In this document: piece by piece, positions 8,892-18,477 of the stretch
Numbering within the stretch: the stretch's first letter is position 1
How the letters are laid out: each line of letters starts with the position of its first letter
DNA from: Candidatus Latescibacterota bacterium
Lineage (GTDB): Bacteria; Latescibacterota; UBA2968
Assembly: GCA_965204745.1 (NCBI GenBank)
Contig: OZ242010.1
Coordinates: 1,600,001-1,664,000, forward strand
Length of the DNA: 64,000 nt
Direction: 5' to 3'
Translations under genes and position numbers: made by a program
The notes under the pieces: generated by a model
The model's input: the letters and a program-made list of their open reading frames with translations, nothing else
What the model was told of the DNA's origin: nothing
Databases searched by the model: none

Positions 8892-10655
8892 TTACTGACC
8901 TGCGGGTTTTTCGTTGGTTGTCCAGCCTTTCAACCAATTGTTGGCAGGATCGACGCCGCCGATAAAGTTGACGGAGTCAAAGAAGCCATCATCCGGAGGC
9001 GAGGCCACGGGCACTGTGCCATTAACCGCAGGCGAACCGGCTCCGGGCGTGAAGTCGGGCGATGACTGATTGTAAGGATCCATCAGCATGGGATCGGTTT
9101 CGGCATTGTTAAACTGCGGATTGGTTGCCCATGCTCTTTCGTCAAACCCGTCGCTGTCGATTTCAAAGTTGCCTGCGACGCCTTCAACCTTGTTGTTGAA
9201 GAAGATGGTGTTCTGAAGCGAGAGCGCGCCGCTTTCGGCTTGGTTGTGGGTGGAGGAACCATCGACATCCAACCCGCCCTTGTTGAAACCTATGACGATG
9301 AAGTTTCGCAAGGTCGCTGCTGTGCCGTGACGCAACAACAGGCCAGTGTCGGATTCGGGGCCATTGGGATCGCCCACCAGGGTCACGTTGTAAATCGTAG
9401 GATTGGAGCGCGGTATGAGTTCGGTGTTGTCTTTTTTGTTGTCGGCTTCAAAGCCGTGGTTAGCAGCGTCGCCGTGTTGCTGTGCCACCCAGAACTGCCC
9501 CTTGCCCGTCCAGCCGTCTGTCCAGTCGAAAGAGTCGTCGCGGATGCCAGAGCAGTAGAGGTATTTGGCGTTGACCGTGCCGCCGAAGAACTCGATGCCG
9601 TCGTCCTGATTGTAGTGAACCTGTATGTATTCCACAACTGTGCCAGAGCCGACGCCTTGGAAGGCGATGCCATTGAGTTCGTTATCCGGAGAGAACTCGA
9701 TGCCTGCGAACTCGACTCGGACGTAACGCAGGACGCCAGAATTGTCGCCGGGATCATTGCCGCCGTACGTTCCCGTATTGCCTTCGCCTTCAGCGGTGGC
9801 CCCTGTGTTGACGGGCGCGCGACCGTTGATGATGAGACCGCCCCATTGACCGCGATCACGCTGGCCTTCCTCTGCGTCAGAAGTGAACACTATCGGCTTG
9901 TCCGCACGGCCATTGGCATGGATTTTGCCACCTTGCGCGATGATGAGCGTGCCATTGGTGGCCCCCTCGCCAAAGATGGTGGTGCCGGGTTCAATGGTGA
10001 GTGTCGCGCCTGCTTGTACGAAAACTGCATCGGAGAGGAGATAGTATTTATCGGCGGTCAAAAGGCGATCAGACGTTATGTTGCCCCTGATCACTTCGGG
10101 ATGACCAGAGGCCATGCCCGAAGGCGTGGTCATTGCCATCGCGGTTGCGCTCGGGATTGACGCGCCCGCTGAGGTAACGGGGACAATGCGATAGGTGTAT
10201 TCCGTGCCAGGAACCAGATCGGTATCGGTGTAACTCGTGCCTGCTATGTTTTCAATGGCTGTGAAGTCAGACATGCCCTGCATTGCGCGTTCCACATTGT
10301 AACTCGTGGCGTCGGCAACAGCCGCCCAACTGATGGCGATAGACATGCCGCTTTGTGCGGCGAGCATCGGGGCTTCAGTTCCTGGTGGTGTGTAAGATTG
10401 ACCAAAAACACCGGCAAAGACGAGGAAGTCGGGAAAGTCAATCTCTCCATTTCCATTGAGATCCATCCTGACATCAAAATCGGGATCTGATGAAGTTTTG
10501 CCAAAAACACCGGCAAAGGCGAGAAAGTCGGGGAAATCGACCGCCCCACTTTCATCGAAATCGGCACGCACCACATTATCTGTTTGTGCGTGGGCGACGC
10601 CGACCAGACCATACGTTAAGCCCAAAACGAGAACTGCGCGGTAAAAACGTCTCAC
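8892..10655 (-). CDS. Secreted protein: dockerin/EF-hand-like pair, FN3 domain, right-handed beta-helix-like domain
   Basis: Signal peptide (AHA|Q); ADFDESGAVDFPDFLAF and MDLNGNGEIDFPDFLVF; FN3 (ISWAAV..SYNVER..YTDTDLVPGTEYTYRI); WGGLIING, DNSGVLRYVRVEFAG, DDGIEFFGGTVN; GTG start chosen by AAAGGA RBS (ATG 10670 also possible). Confidence 0.8.
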   Translation of the reverse strand: MRRFYRAVLVLGLTYGLVGVAHAQTDNVVRADFDESGAVDFPDFLAFAGVFGKTSSDPDFDVRMDLNGNGEIDFPDFLVFAGVFGQSYTPPGTEAPMLAAQSGMSIAISWAAVADATSYNVERAMQGMSDFTAIENIAGTSYTDTDLVPGTEYTYRIVPVTSAGASIPSATAMAMTTPSGMASGHPEVIRGNITSDRLLTADKYYLLSDAVFVQAGATLTIEPGTTIFGEGATNGTLIIAQGGKIHANGRADKPIVFTSDAEEGQRDRGQWGGLIINGRAPVNTGATAEGEGNTGTYGGNDPGDNSGVLRYVRVEFAGIEFSPDNELNGIAFQGVGSGTVVEYIQVHYNQDDGIEFFGGTVNAKYLYCSGIRDDSFDWTDGWTGKGQFWVAQQHGDAANHGFEADNKKDNTELIPRSNPTIYNVTLVGDPNGPESDTGLLLRHGTAATLRNFIVIGFNKGGLDVDGSSTHNQAESGALSLQNTIFFNNKVEGVAGNFEIDSDGFDERAWATNPQFNNAETDPMLMDPYNQSSPDFTPGAGSPAVNGTVPVASPPDDGFFDSVNFIGGVDPANNWLKGWTTNEKPAGQ

Positions 10656-10726
10656 AAGTTGTCCTTTCATGCGTGAGTGGATGAGCCTCATAGCTCGGTG
10701 ACGGGGTTTCGGGGAGAGAAGGGGAG

Positions 10727-13522
10727 TTAGTAATCGTAGCTGATGCCAAAGGAGAAGGATCGCCCGGCCTTGTATTCGCGGGCGATGCTCTCTCGCTGTT
10801 TGAACCGTATCTCGCTGTCGAGCAGGTTTTTGGCCGATGCTTTCAAGGTGAATTGGGCGAATTTTTTCTTGATATTAAAGTCGAGTTGGTGCCGGGGTTG
10901 TTCAAAGACATCGGGCAAGCCTTGCGCGCCCACTTCGCTGATGCGGCGGCCAAAGACGTTGTAGAGCAAGTTGGCTTGGAACCCGTGGTCGGGTTTGTCG
11001 TAGCCGAGTGTGGCGTTGACCGCGTAGGGCGATTGGCCCTGAAGCGCGCGTTCGCTGGAAGTCTGGACGCCAATGTCGGGGTCGATTTCGATTTGTGACT
11101 TGACCAGCGTGACATTGGTGTTGATGGACAGGGGTTCTAGCGAGGGGGCGAGCGCGTCGAGGCGACGGCGAAATTCAAATTCGATGCCGTAATTGGTCGC
11201 AACTTTGGCGTTTTGATAGGTGACGCTGAGTTGTGCGGTGGGGCGAATGATTTGCTCGATGGGGCCGTGGAACTTTTTGTAGAAGGCACTGATGGCGACG
11301 AGTTCACCCAAACGAGGGAAAATTTCAAAGCGAAAATCGAAGTTGTCGATGGTGCTGCGCTGGAGGTCGGGATTGCCCGAGACGGCGCGCCCGCCGATGA
11401 AATCGACAAACTCAAAGGGCGCGAGTTCTCGAAAGTCTGGACGCGACAAGGTGCGGGAATACGCCGTGCGGAAATTGGTGCGGTCATTGAGTTTATAGAC
11501 CAAGTTGAGGCCGGGCAGGTAGTCCGTGTTGTCGAGGGTCACTTCAATAGGGGTGGCGGTCGTGCTGAACGGATCGAAGGAAATGAGTTCTTGTTTGGAA
11601 TTTTCAACGCGCACGCCGCCCACAAAACGCCACTGGCGCGAGAGCTGGAGATCGGCCATCGCGTACGCGGCCCAGGTGTATTGAGACGCGCTGTAGTTAT
11701 CCACGTTGCGGGTGGTTTCGCGCAACTCGAACCGACGGGGCGCGATGTTGTCTGGCGTAAAAATGTCTTCGGGATCGAGGGTCAGATCGACATAGCGCTG
11801 AATGCCGCTAGATTGCTCAAAGCGGAATCGGCGGGCGTCAAAGGTGCGGTCTTTGGTCAAGCCCTTGGTGCCGAACTTCAATTTGGAGGGGCGGCCGTTG
11901 AAGCCCGAAAAGGGAATCGCCCAATCGACTTTGGCGCTTTGGGCATTGTCGATGAGGTCGAAAAAGAAGCGGCTGCCGCTTTGCGTGATGTCGAAAAAGG
12001 TCCATTCGCCATCGCGCATTTCGTAGAGGACTTCGCGGTTGTCGGGTTCGTCTCGCGTGGCTTTGGACAAATTGAGCAGCCAGTCGATGTTGGAATTGAG
12101 GAGAAAGCCAATGTGATGCGCGCCGGACAATTGCCCAGAGAGAATGCCGCGCTCCACGAATCGCAACCGGTAATCGCGCAGGTCCGTGTCGCGGTCGGAA
12201 TTGAAGCCCGTGTACGTGCGCGCTTCGTTGTCCGTGTTGCGGTTAAAGAGGGTCTTGAGGCTGATTTTGTGACGGGGCGACAAGCGGAGGCTGCTGTTGA
12301 ACAAGACGCCCCAAAGGATGTTGTTGGTCGTGCTGTTCACGTCATAAGTGGAAAAGGGCGAGAGCACTTCGTCGCCGGATTGGTCTTTGGTGATGTGGTA
12401 GGAGTTCCAAATTTCGCTTCTGTTGTCAAAGCTGTTGTCGTAGGTAAATGAGAAGATGTAGCCGAGTTCGCGGTCACCCGAGCCAACGGCGTTGCCGATG
12501 CTGATGCTATAGCCCTGATTGGCTGGCGCGGTTTTGGTTTTGGGCTGCCACACATTGGCGAATGCCTGCCCAAATTGCTGGATTTCTTCGGCGGTAAATC
12601 CGGTGGTGGAAAACCGCCCGCGTTTGCGAACGGGCTGGTCCGCGGCCTGCGTTTTGAGCATTTCGGGCAGGGCGCGCGTGCCGTCATCCACGCCAAAAAA
12701 ATCCCACGAGCCGCCGTCGTAGGTTTGAATGTCTTTGAAACTGGTTTGGGAGTGGTAGCCCGCAGAGGTGGAAATTGAGAAGGTGAATTTGCTCGGGAAC
12801 TCCCGGGTTTTGATTTGGACGGATCCGCCGGAAAAATCCCCCGGTTGATCGGGCGAAAAGGTTTTGGAGACTTGGATGTTTTCCAACAGGCCCGCGGGGA
12901 AAATGTCCATGGGCACGACGCGCCTGTTCGGCTCGGGGCTTGGAATGTCTGCACCGTTGACTTGCGTGTTGCTATAACGCTCTCCAAGGCCGCGCACGTA
13001 CGTGTATTTGCCGCCCACGATGGTGATGCCGGTCACGCGCTTGAGGGCGTCTCCCGCGTCTGAGGACGAGGATCGGCTCATCAATTCCGCGCTGATGCCG
13101 TCCGTGACCACCGGGGCTTTTTGCTGAATGATGAGCATCGAGACTTCGCTGTTTTGTTCGGCTCGGGCGGTGACGACGATTTCAGCGGCGCGCATGGTTT
13201 CGGGAGGGAGGGAGATGTTGAGGATTGTGGGGTCGTCGGCTTTGACTGCCACGCCGGTGATTTTTTTGGTGGCGTAGGAGATGTAGCTGACTTCTAGGTC
13301 GTGCGTGCCCACGGGCGCGCCGAGGGTAAAGCGACCGTCGAGGTCCGTCGCCGTGCCATAAGCGGGCGCGCCGGTTTCGCTTTTGATGACGACGTTCGCG
13401 CCGATGAGGGATTCGCCGGTTTCCGCATCGACGACAATGCCCTGCACTTTGCCCCTGTCCTGCGCTTGGGCGGGGAGCATGGTGGCAACGAGGATGAACA
13501 GGAGTGATCGCATTTTCTTCAT
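10727..13522 (-). CDS. TonB-dependent receptor with N-terminal carboxypeptidase-regulatory-like domain
   Basis: [17 protein letters not shown], plug motif [32 protein letters not shown]-terminal aromatic strand FGISYDY. Confidence 0.92.
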   Translation of the reverse strand: MKKMRSLLFILVATMLPAQAQDRGKVQGIVVDAETGESLIGANVVIKSETGAPAYGTATDLDGRFTLGAPVGTHDLEVSYISYATKKITGVAVKADDPTILNISLPPETMRAAEIVVTARAEQNSEVSMLIIQQKAPVVTDGISAELMSRSSSSDAGDALKRVTGITIVGGKYTYVRGLGERYSNTQVNGADIPSPEPNRRVVPMDIFPAGLLENIQVSKTFSPDQPGDFSGGSVQIKTREFPSKFTFSISTSAGYHSQTSFKDIQTYDGGSWDFFGVDDGTRALPEMLKTQAADQPVRKRGRFSTTGFTAEEIQQFGQAFANVWQPKTKTAPANQGYSISIGNAVGSGDRELGYIFSFTYDNSFDNRSEIWNSYHITKDQSGDEVLSPFSTYDVNSTTNNILWGVLFNSSLRLSPRHKISLKTLFNRNTDNEARTYTGFNSDRDTDLRDYRLRFVERGILSGQLSGAHHIGFLLNSNIDWLLNLSKATRDEPDNREVLYEMRDGEWTFFDITQSGSRFFFDLIDNAQSAKVDWAIPFSGFNGRPSKLKFGTKGLTKDRTFDARRFRFEQSSGIQRYVDLTLDPEDIFTPDNIAPRRFELRETTRNVDNYSASQYTWAAYAMADLQLSRQWRFVGGVRVENSKQELISFDPFSTTATPIEVTLDNTDYLPGLNLVYKLNDRTNFRTAYSRTLSRPDFRELAPFEFVDFIGGRAVSGNPDLQRSTIDNFDFRFEIFPRLGELVAISAFYKKFHGPIEQIIRPTAQLSVTYQNAKVATNYGIEFEFRRRLDALAPSLEPLSINTNVTLVKSQIEIDPDIGVQTSSERALQGQSPYAVNATLGYDKPDHGFQANLLYNVFGRRISEVGAQGLPDVFEQPRHQLDFNIKKKFAQFTLKASAKNLLDSEIRFKQRESIAREYKAGRSFSFGISYDY

Positions 13523-13596
13523 GGGACGGTTCCTTTCGATAACGAGCAGTGCCCTTTCAAGTGTGCGAAAATGTAAGTTGACCATGTTGTGGCGCA

Positions 13597-13625
13597 GTTA
13601 CAACTGAGTGACGATTTTGTGACAA
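13597..13625 (-). promoter_or_regulatory. Pho box (three 11-bp-period half-sites) upstream of the TBDR
   Basis: Minus strand TTGTCAC-AAAA-TCGTCAC-TCAG-TTGTAAC versus PhoB consensus CTGTCAT-N4-CTGTCAC. Confidence 0.7.
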
Positions 13626-13794
13626 CCCGATTCGCCAAACCCGCAGACAGATCCGGCGTCAACGCGCCATTCTCCCCTATCGCCGCAGGCAACGCGATAG
13701 CGTCGCGGTGAACTCCGGCGGTGCTTTGGCTTTCTTCATTGCGGAGAACGCGGTTGTTTGTTATGGTTTATCTTTGAACGGAAAGGAGGCGCGT

Positions 13795-14739
13795 ATGCGC
13801 GGTTGTAGGGCAATTTTGGGCGTGCTCTGGTTGGTTTGGGCAGGGCCAAGCGAGGGGGCAGATGCCGAGTTCAAGGGCATGGTGTTTGGCGATTATTATT
13901 TTATTGCCAGCGGCGCACGGGAGAAGGAGAACGGGTTTCGGGTTCGGCGCGTGTACCTCACGCACGACTTGAGGTGGAATAAGGCGATTGCGGGGCGGGT
14001 TCGTCTGGAGGCGAACGATGGCGGGTTTAACAGCCAAAAAAAATTAGAGGTCTATCTTAAAAATGTCTATTTACATCTGAAAAATGATCGACACGCGGTT
14101 TATGTGGGCCTGTCGGGCACGCCAACGTGGAATGTATCGGAGGCGGCGTGGGGTTATCGCTCCGTACAGAAGACGATGATGGATCGCAACAAGATCGCTT
14201 CCTCCACGGATATGGGCATTGCGTATCGCGGGCGATTGGATGGAGATGGAAAGGTGAATGCGCGGTTGACGTTGGGCAATGGCAGCGGGGTGCGCTCGGA
14301 GGAGAACAATGGGAAGCGGATCTACGGGTTGCTGCATTTCAAACCGAGTGCTTTGAATGCGACCGCGTATGCCGATTGGGAAAGGCGCGGGGGTGGTGAA
14401 GACCGCACGACGGTTGCGGCCTTTGTGGGGCTGATAGACAGAAAATTTCACGGAGGGGTGGAGGGCTTTGTGCAATGGCGAAATGTTGACAACACACAGG
14501 TGCGGGGGATTTCGCTGTTCGGCACGGGGCGAATCAGCAGAAAGGCCAAGGTGTTTGTGCGCGGCGATTTGTTCGATCCAAACGACCAGTCTGGCAAAGA
14601 CCACGAGTATTTCTTCCTCGGGGGCGTGGATTATGAACCCGCAAGAGATGTTCACGTCATGCCCAATGTGCTGGTCGCGCAGGTGGGGGATGACGAGGCC
14701 GAAGTGATTCCCAGGCTGACGCTTTTTGTGAAGTTTTGA
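13795..14739 (+). CDS. Outer-membrane beta-barrel porin, probably phosphate-related
   Basis: AGGAGG RBS, signal peptide, GFRVRRVYL motif, amphipathic strands, terminal Phe; directly upstream of pstS. Confidence 0.75.
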   Translation: MRGCRAILGVLWLVWAGPSEGADAEFKGMVFGDYYFIASGAREKENGFRVRRVYLTHDLRWNKAIAGRVRLEANDGGFNSQKKLEVYLKNVYLHLKNDRHAVYVGLSGTPTWNVSEAAWGYRSVQKTMMDRNKIASSTDMGIAYRGRLDGDGKVNARLTLGNGSGVRSEENNGKRIYGLLHFKPSALNATAYADWERRGGGEDRTTVAAFVGLIDRKFHGGVEGFVQWRNVDNTQVRGISLFGTGRISRKAKVFVRGDLFDPNDQSGKDHEYFFLGGVDYEPARDVHVMPNVLVAQVGDDEAEVIPRLTLFVKF

Positions 14740-14801
14740 CCTACTCCCCGGCCCCGTTAGGGGAATGGAGCAACGAGCGGTATCACATGAATGACGCGCT
14801 T

Positions 14802-14819
14802 TTGTCATATCGTTGTAAC
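14802..14819 (+). promoter_or_regulatory. Pho box upstream of pstS
   Basis: TTGTCAT-ATCG-TTGTAAC about 60 bp before the pstS start. Confidence 0.75.
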
Positions 14820-14881
14820 ACGGTAGAAGTTCATTTTTGTACGACTAACCTTTGTGCGTAACCATGGAGAGGAGGATCGTG

Positions 14882-15850
14882 ATGACGCGGTTTATTTGTC
14901 TGCTTGCGAGCGTGGCTGTTTTCGCCCATGCCGGGGCGCAGGCGCAGCAAGCCGAAGGGGATGCGGGGATTCCCGCGTATCAGAAGGTGAGTGGGATTTC
15001 GGGCAGTGCGAATAGCATTGGGTCCGATACGATGAACAATTTGATGACCCTGTGGCTGGAGGGATTTCGCAAGTACTATCCCAATGTCAAAATTCAGGTT
15101 GAGGGCAAGGGGTCGAGCACGGCACCGCCCGCGCTGATCGAGGGCACGGCGCAATTTGGGCCTATGTCGCGCCCGATGAAGAATACGGAGATCGATAAAT
15201 TTGAGCAGCATTTTGGGTATCCCCCAACCCTGTTGCGGACTTCGCTGGACGCGCTGGCGATTTTTGTCAACAAGGACAATCCGATTGAAGGGTTGAGTTT
15301 GCCGCAGGTGGATGCGATTTTTTCCAAGACGCGGCGCGGGGAGTACAAAGAAAATATCGCGCGCTGGAAGCAGGTGGGTTTGGAAGGCGATTGGGCAAAT
15401 GCCGCGCTGAGTCTTTACGGGCGCAATTCCGCGTCTGGCACGTATGGGTTTTTCAAGGATCACGCCTTGTTTAAGGGCGATTACAAAGACGAGGTGAAGG
15501 AGCAACCGGGGTCCGCTTCGGTGGTTCAAGGCGTTGCCGAAGACCGGTATGGCATTGGGTACAGCGGGATTGGGTACAGGACTTCTGGCGTGCGGATCGT
15601 GCCACTCTCATTGGAGACGGGCGGAGAGTTTAAGGAGGGGACTATCGAAAACGTGATCGACGGGTCGTACCCGCTCGGGCGTTTTTTGTATTTGTACATC
15701 AACAAGGCCCCAAACAAGCCGCTCGATCCGCTGGTGCGGGAATTTTGCAAGTTCATTTTTTCCCAAGAAGGCCAAGAGATCGTGACAAAAGACGGGTACA
15801 TGCCCGTGCCCGCCCAAGTGGCGAAAGAAGCGCGGGAGAAGCTGGAATAG
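14882..15850 (+). CDS. pstS: Phosphate ABC transporter substrate-binding protein
   Basis: SIGSDTM, EGKGSSTAPPAL, GPMSRPMK, YGRNSASGTYGFF, GIGYSGIGY, YPLGRFLY. Confidence 0.95.
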   Translation: MTRFICLLASVAVFAHAGAQAQQAEGDAGIPAYQKVSGISGSANSIGSDTMNNLMTLWLEGFRKYYPNVKIQVEGKGSSTAPPALIEGTAQFGPMSRPMKNTEIDKFEQHFGYPPTLLRTSLDALAIFVNKDNPIEGLSLPQVDAIFSKTRRGEYKENIARWKQVGLEGDWANAALSLYGRNSASGTYGFFKDHALFKGDYKDEVKEQPGSASVVQGVAEDRYGIGYSGIGYRTSGVRIVPLSLETGGEFKEGTIENVIDGSYPLGRFLYLYINKAPNKPLDPLVREFCKFIFSQEGQEIVTKDGYMPVPAQVAKEAREKLE

Positions 15851-15862
15851 GGAGATGGAAGT

Positions 15863-15933
15863 TTAGCCACAAAAGGCGACAGCCAGTTCAAAGGCGAATT
15901 AGCCACAAAAGGCACAAAAACACAAAAGGCGAA
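15863..15933. repeat. Short CACAAAA(GG)-based repeats
   Basis: TTAGCCACAAAAGGC x2 plus CACAAAAACACAAAAGGCGAA. Confidence 0.6.
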
Positions 15934-15934
15934 T

Positions 15935-16162
15935 GTCATCCTGCAAGTGCTCTCGCAAAACCCCTCCGATCAAGCCATCACGCACAGCGCGTAAGTCCGT
16001 CTCGCAACCAATGTCCATATTGCAACCCACCTTGCAGGCTGGCGTATATCGTTCTGTTACAAAAGCGATTTGCGCTGTGCAAGCCTCTCGGCGTTTGAGA
16101 GCGGCATTTTTTGCTTACTTTTTTTTGCTGTTGAAAAAAAGTAAGTCGCCGAAGGCATCAAA
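15935..16162 (+). repeat. 228-bp structured dispersed repeat, copy 1
   Basis: Colinear with the reverse complement of 34868-35095. Confidence 0.9.
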
Positions 16163-16248
16163 GGCAACCAACGAGGCTGTAGGACCAAACGCCTTAAATG
16201 AGCAAGCAACACATTTTTTAATCTGTGCATAACGTGAAAAAAAATAAA

Positions 16249-18477
16249 ATGTCAACACGACCTAATATGACAGCAGGGATTACGCCGGGGGCGCGGTTGA
16301 TGGATCGCGCGGGGCGATGGGTGATCACCGCGGGTGGGATTGGGGTGATCCTGTCGGTGCTCGGCATTTTTTTGTTCGTGTTGCTGGAGTCCTATCCCCT
16401 GTTTTTGAAGCCGAGTGTGTCGCAGGCACGGGTTTTTGATTTTTCGCATCGACAACCGGTTTTGGGCACTGGGGTCGATCCCTACCGGGTCGTGATGTTT
16501 GTGGTGCATGAGACCGGGGTTGATTTTGTGGATGTGAATACGCAGTCCCTGCTCGCGTCCGTGTCGCCCGCAGAGTTGCAGGGCAGGCGCGTGCGCTCGG
16601 CGTATCGCGGGTTGCACAATACGCACATCGGCTTGGGGTTGGACGACGGGTCGATGCTCGGCTGCCGCGTGGCGTACAAGGTGGCTTACGATGCGGATGG
16701 CAAGCGGCTTGTGACGCCGTCTTTTGCTGTGGAATCCTCGATGAAATTAGCGGATGACGCGCTGGAGCAGATCGTTTTTCGGCACGATGGGCGCGTGCGG
16801 GGAACTGCGCTGGGCATCGCGGCGTCTGGGCAACTCGTTTTGGGCGTTTCCGAGACGCGGCGCGGTTTGTTGGGCGGGGGCAAGACGACGGTGCGTACAC
16901 ACGATTTGACGGCGGATATCAAGGGGCGGGCCACTGCCGGGGCCGTGACAAGGAAGGGACGCTACGTGCTGGTGGGCACGGACCGGGGCGAGGTGTTTCG
17001 GTGGGAAATGGGCCGCGCGGGGGCCGCGCCCAACTTGTTGGATCACTTTCGCGTGTCGGATCGAGCGGTGACTGCGTTGGATTTTTTGTTGGGCGATGTG
17101 TCGCTCACGGTGGGCGACGCGGGTGGGCGCGTCTCCACGTGGATGCCGGTCAGGATGCGCGAGGCCGACAACAAGCGGACGTTTAAGAAGATTCACACCT
17201 TAGCGTCGCATGCAACAGCGGTGATGGGATTTTCGGCGTCTGCGCGGGACAAGCAATTTTTGTCCGGCGACGCACAGGGCGGGGTCGCCTTGCACCACAT
17301 GACGTCTGAACAGACGTTTGTGCAGTTGCCCGGCACTGGCGCCCCCGTGCAGGCGATGGCGTTCACGCCCAAGGCAAATGGCTTTTTGACCGTGGCAAAG
17401 TCCGGGCAGGTGGTGGCGTTCGACCTGCACAATCCGCATCCGGAAGTGACGTTGCAAACGCTGTTTGGCAAGGTGTGGTACGAGGGCTATACCGAGGCGC
17501 AACACGTCTGGCAATCCACGGGCGGGTCAGATGATTTTGAACCCAAGTTGGGCATTGTCCCCTTGGTGTTTGGCACGTTTAAGGGCACGCTGTACGCGAT
17601 GTTGTTCGCGTTGCCGCTGGCGATTCTCGCGGCGATTTACACGGCTGAATTTGCGTCTCCCAACGTGCGAAATTTGGTCAAGCCGGCGGTGGAGTTGATG
17701 GCGTCGTTGCCGAGTGTGATTTTGGGCTTTTTGGCCGGCTTGTGGTTGGCGCCGATGCTGGAGACGCGGGTGGTCGGCGCGCTGTTGTTGTTGCCATTTG
17801 TGCCCGTCGTGATCGTGGTCGGCGCGTGGGCATGGGGGCAAGTGTCGGATGAGTTTGCGCGGCGCGTGCCGGATCATTGGATTCTCGCACTGCTATCGGG
17901 CATCGCGTTGCTCGCGCTGTATTTGTCCTTCGCGCTCGGCCCGGCTGTGGAGTCGCTGTTTTTCGGGGGCAATTTTCAACGCTGGTTGCTCGGCTCGACG
18001 GGCACGCGCTACGATCAGCGCAACTGTCTGGTGGTGGGCTTTGCCATGGGCTTTGCGGTGGTGCCCATTATTTACACGATTTGCGAAGACGCGCTGTCGA
18101 GCGTGCCACAGCATTTGCGCGCGGGGTCCCTCGCGCTTGGGGCAACGCCGTGGCAAACCGCGATTCGCGTGGTGGTGCCCACGGCGAGTCCGGGAATTTT
18201 TTCCGCGACGATGATCGGGTTTGGGCGCGCGGTGGGCGAGACGATGATCGTGTTGATGGCCACGGGCAATACGCCCATTTTGGATTGGACGATTTTTAAT
18301 GGCATGCGGACGATGTCGGCCAATATCGCGGTGGAGATTCCCGAGGCGCCGCACGAAGGCACGCTGTACCGCGTGTTGTTTTTGACCGGGGTGTTGCTGG
18401 CGGGCATCACGTTTTTGGTCAATACCCTGGCCGAGGTGGTGCGGCAACGGCTACGCGAGAAGTACAGCCGAATTTGA
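16249..18477 (+). CDS. pstC: Phosphate ABC permease PstC, long form with periplasmic beta-propeller
   Basis: WQSTGGSDDFEPK, PLVFGTFKG, ELMASLPSVILG, SLALGATPWQT, GFGRAVGETM; WD40-like repeats in the N-terminal half. Confidence 0.92.
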   Translation: MSTRPNMTAGITPGARLMDRAGRWVITAGGIGVILSVLGIFLFVLLESYPLFLKPSVSQARVFDFSHRQPVLGTGVDPYRVVMFVVHETGVDFVDVNTQSLLASVSPAELQGRRVRSAYRGLHNTHIGLGLDDGSMLGCRVAYKVAYDADGKRLVTPSFAVESSMKLADDALEQIVFRHDGRVRGTALGIAASGQLVLGVSETRRGLLGGGKTTVRTHDLTADIKGRATAGAVTRKGRYVLVGTDRGEVFRWEMGRAGAAPNLLDHFRVSDRAVTALDFLLGDVSLTVGDAGGRVSTWMPVRMREADNKRTFKKIHTLASHATAVMGFSASARDKQFLSGDAQGGVALHHMTSEQTFVQLPGTGAPVQAMAFTPKANGFLTVAKSGQVVAFDLHNPHPEVTLQTLFGKVWYEGYTEAQHVWQSTGGSDDFEPKLGIVPLVFGTFKGTLYAMLFALPLAILAAIYTAEFASPNVRNLVKPAVELMASLPSVILGFLAGLWLAPMLETRVVGALLLLPFVPVVIVVGAWAWGQVSDEFARRVPDHWILALLSGIALLALYLSFALGPAVESLFFGGNFQRWLLGSTGTRYDQRNCLVVGFAMGFAVVPIIYTICEDALSSVPQHLRAGSLALGATPWQTAIRVVVPTASPGIFSATMIGFGRAVGETMIVLMATGNTPILDWTIFNGMRTMSANIAVEIPEAPHEGTLYRVLFLTGVLLAGITFLVNTLAEVVRQRLREKYSRI

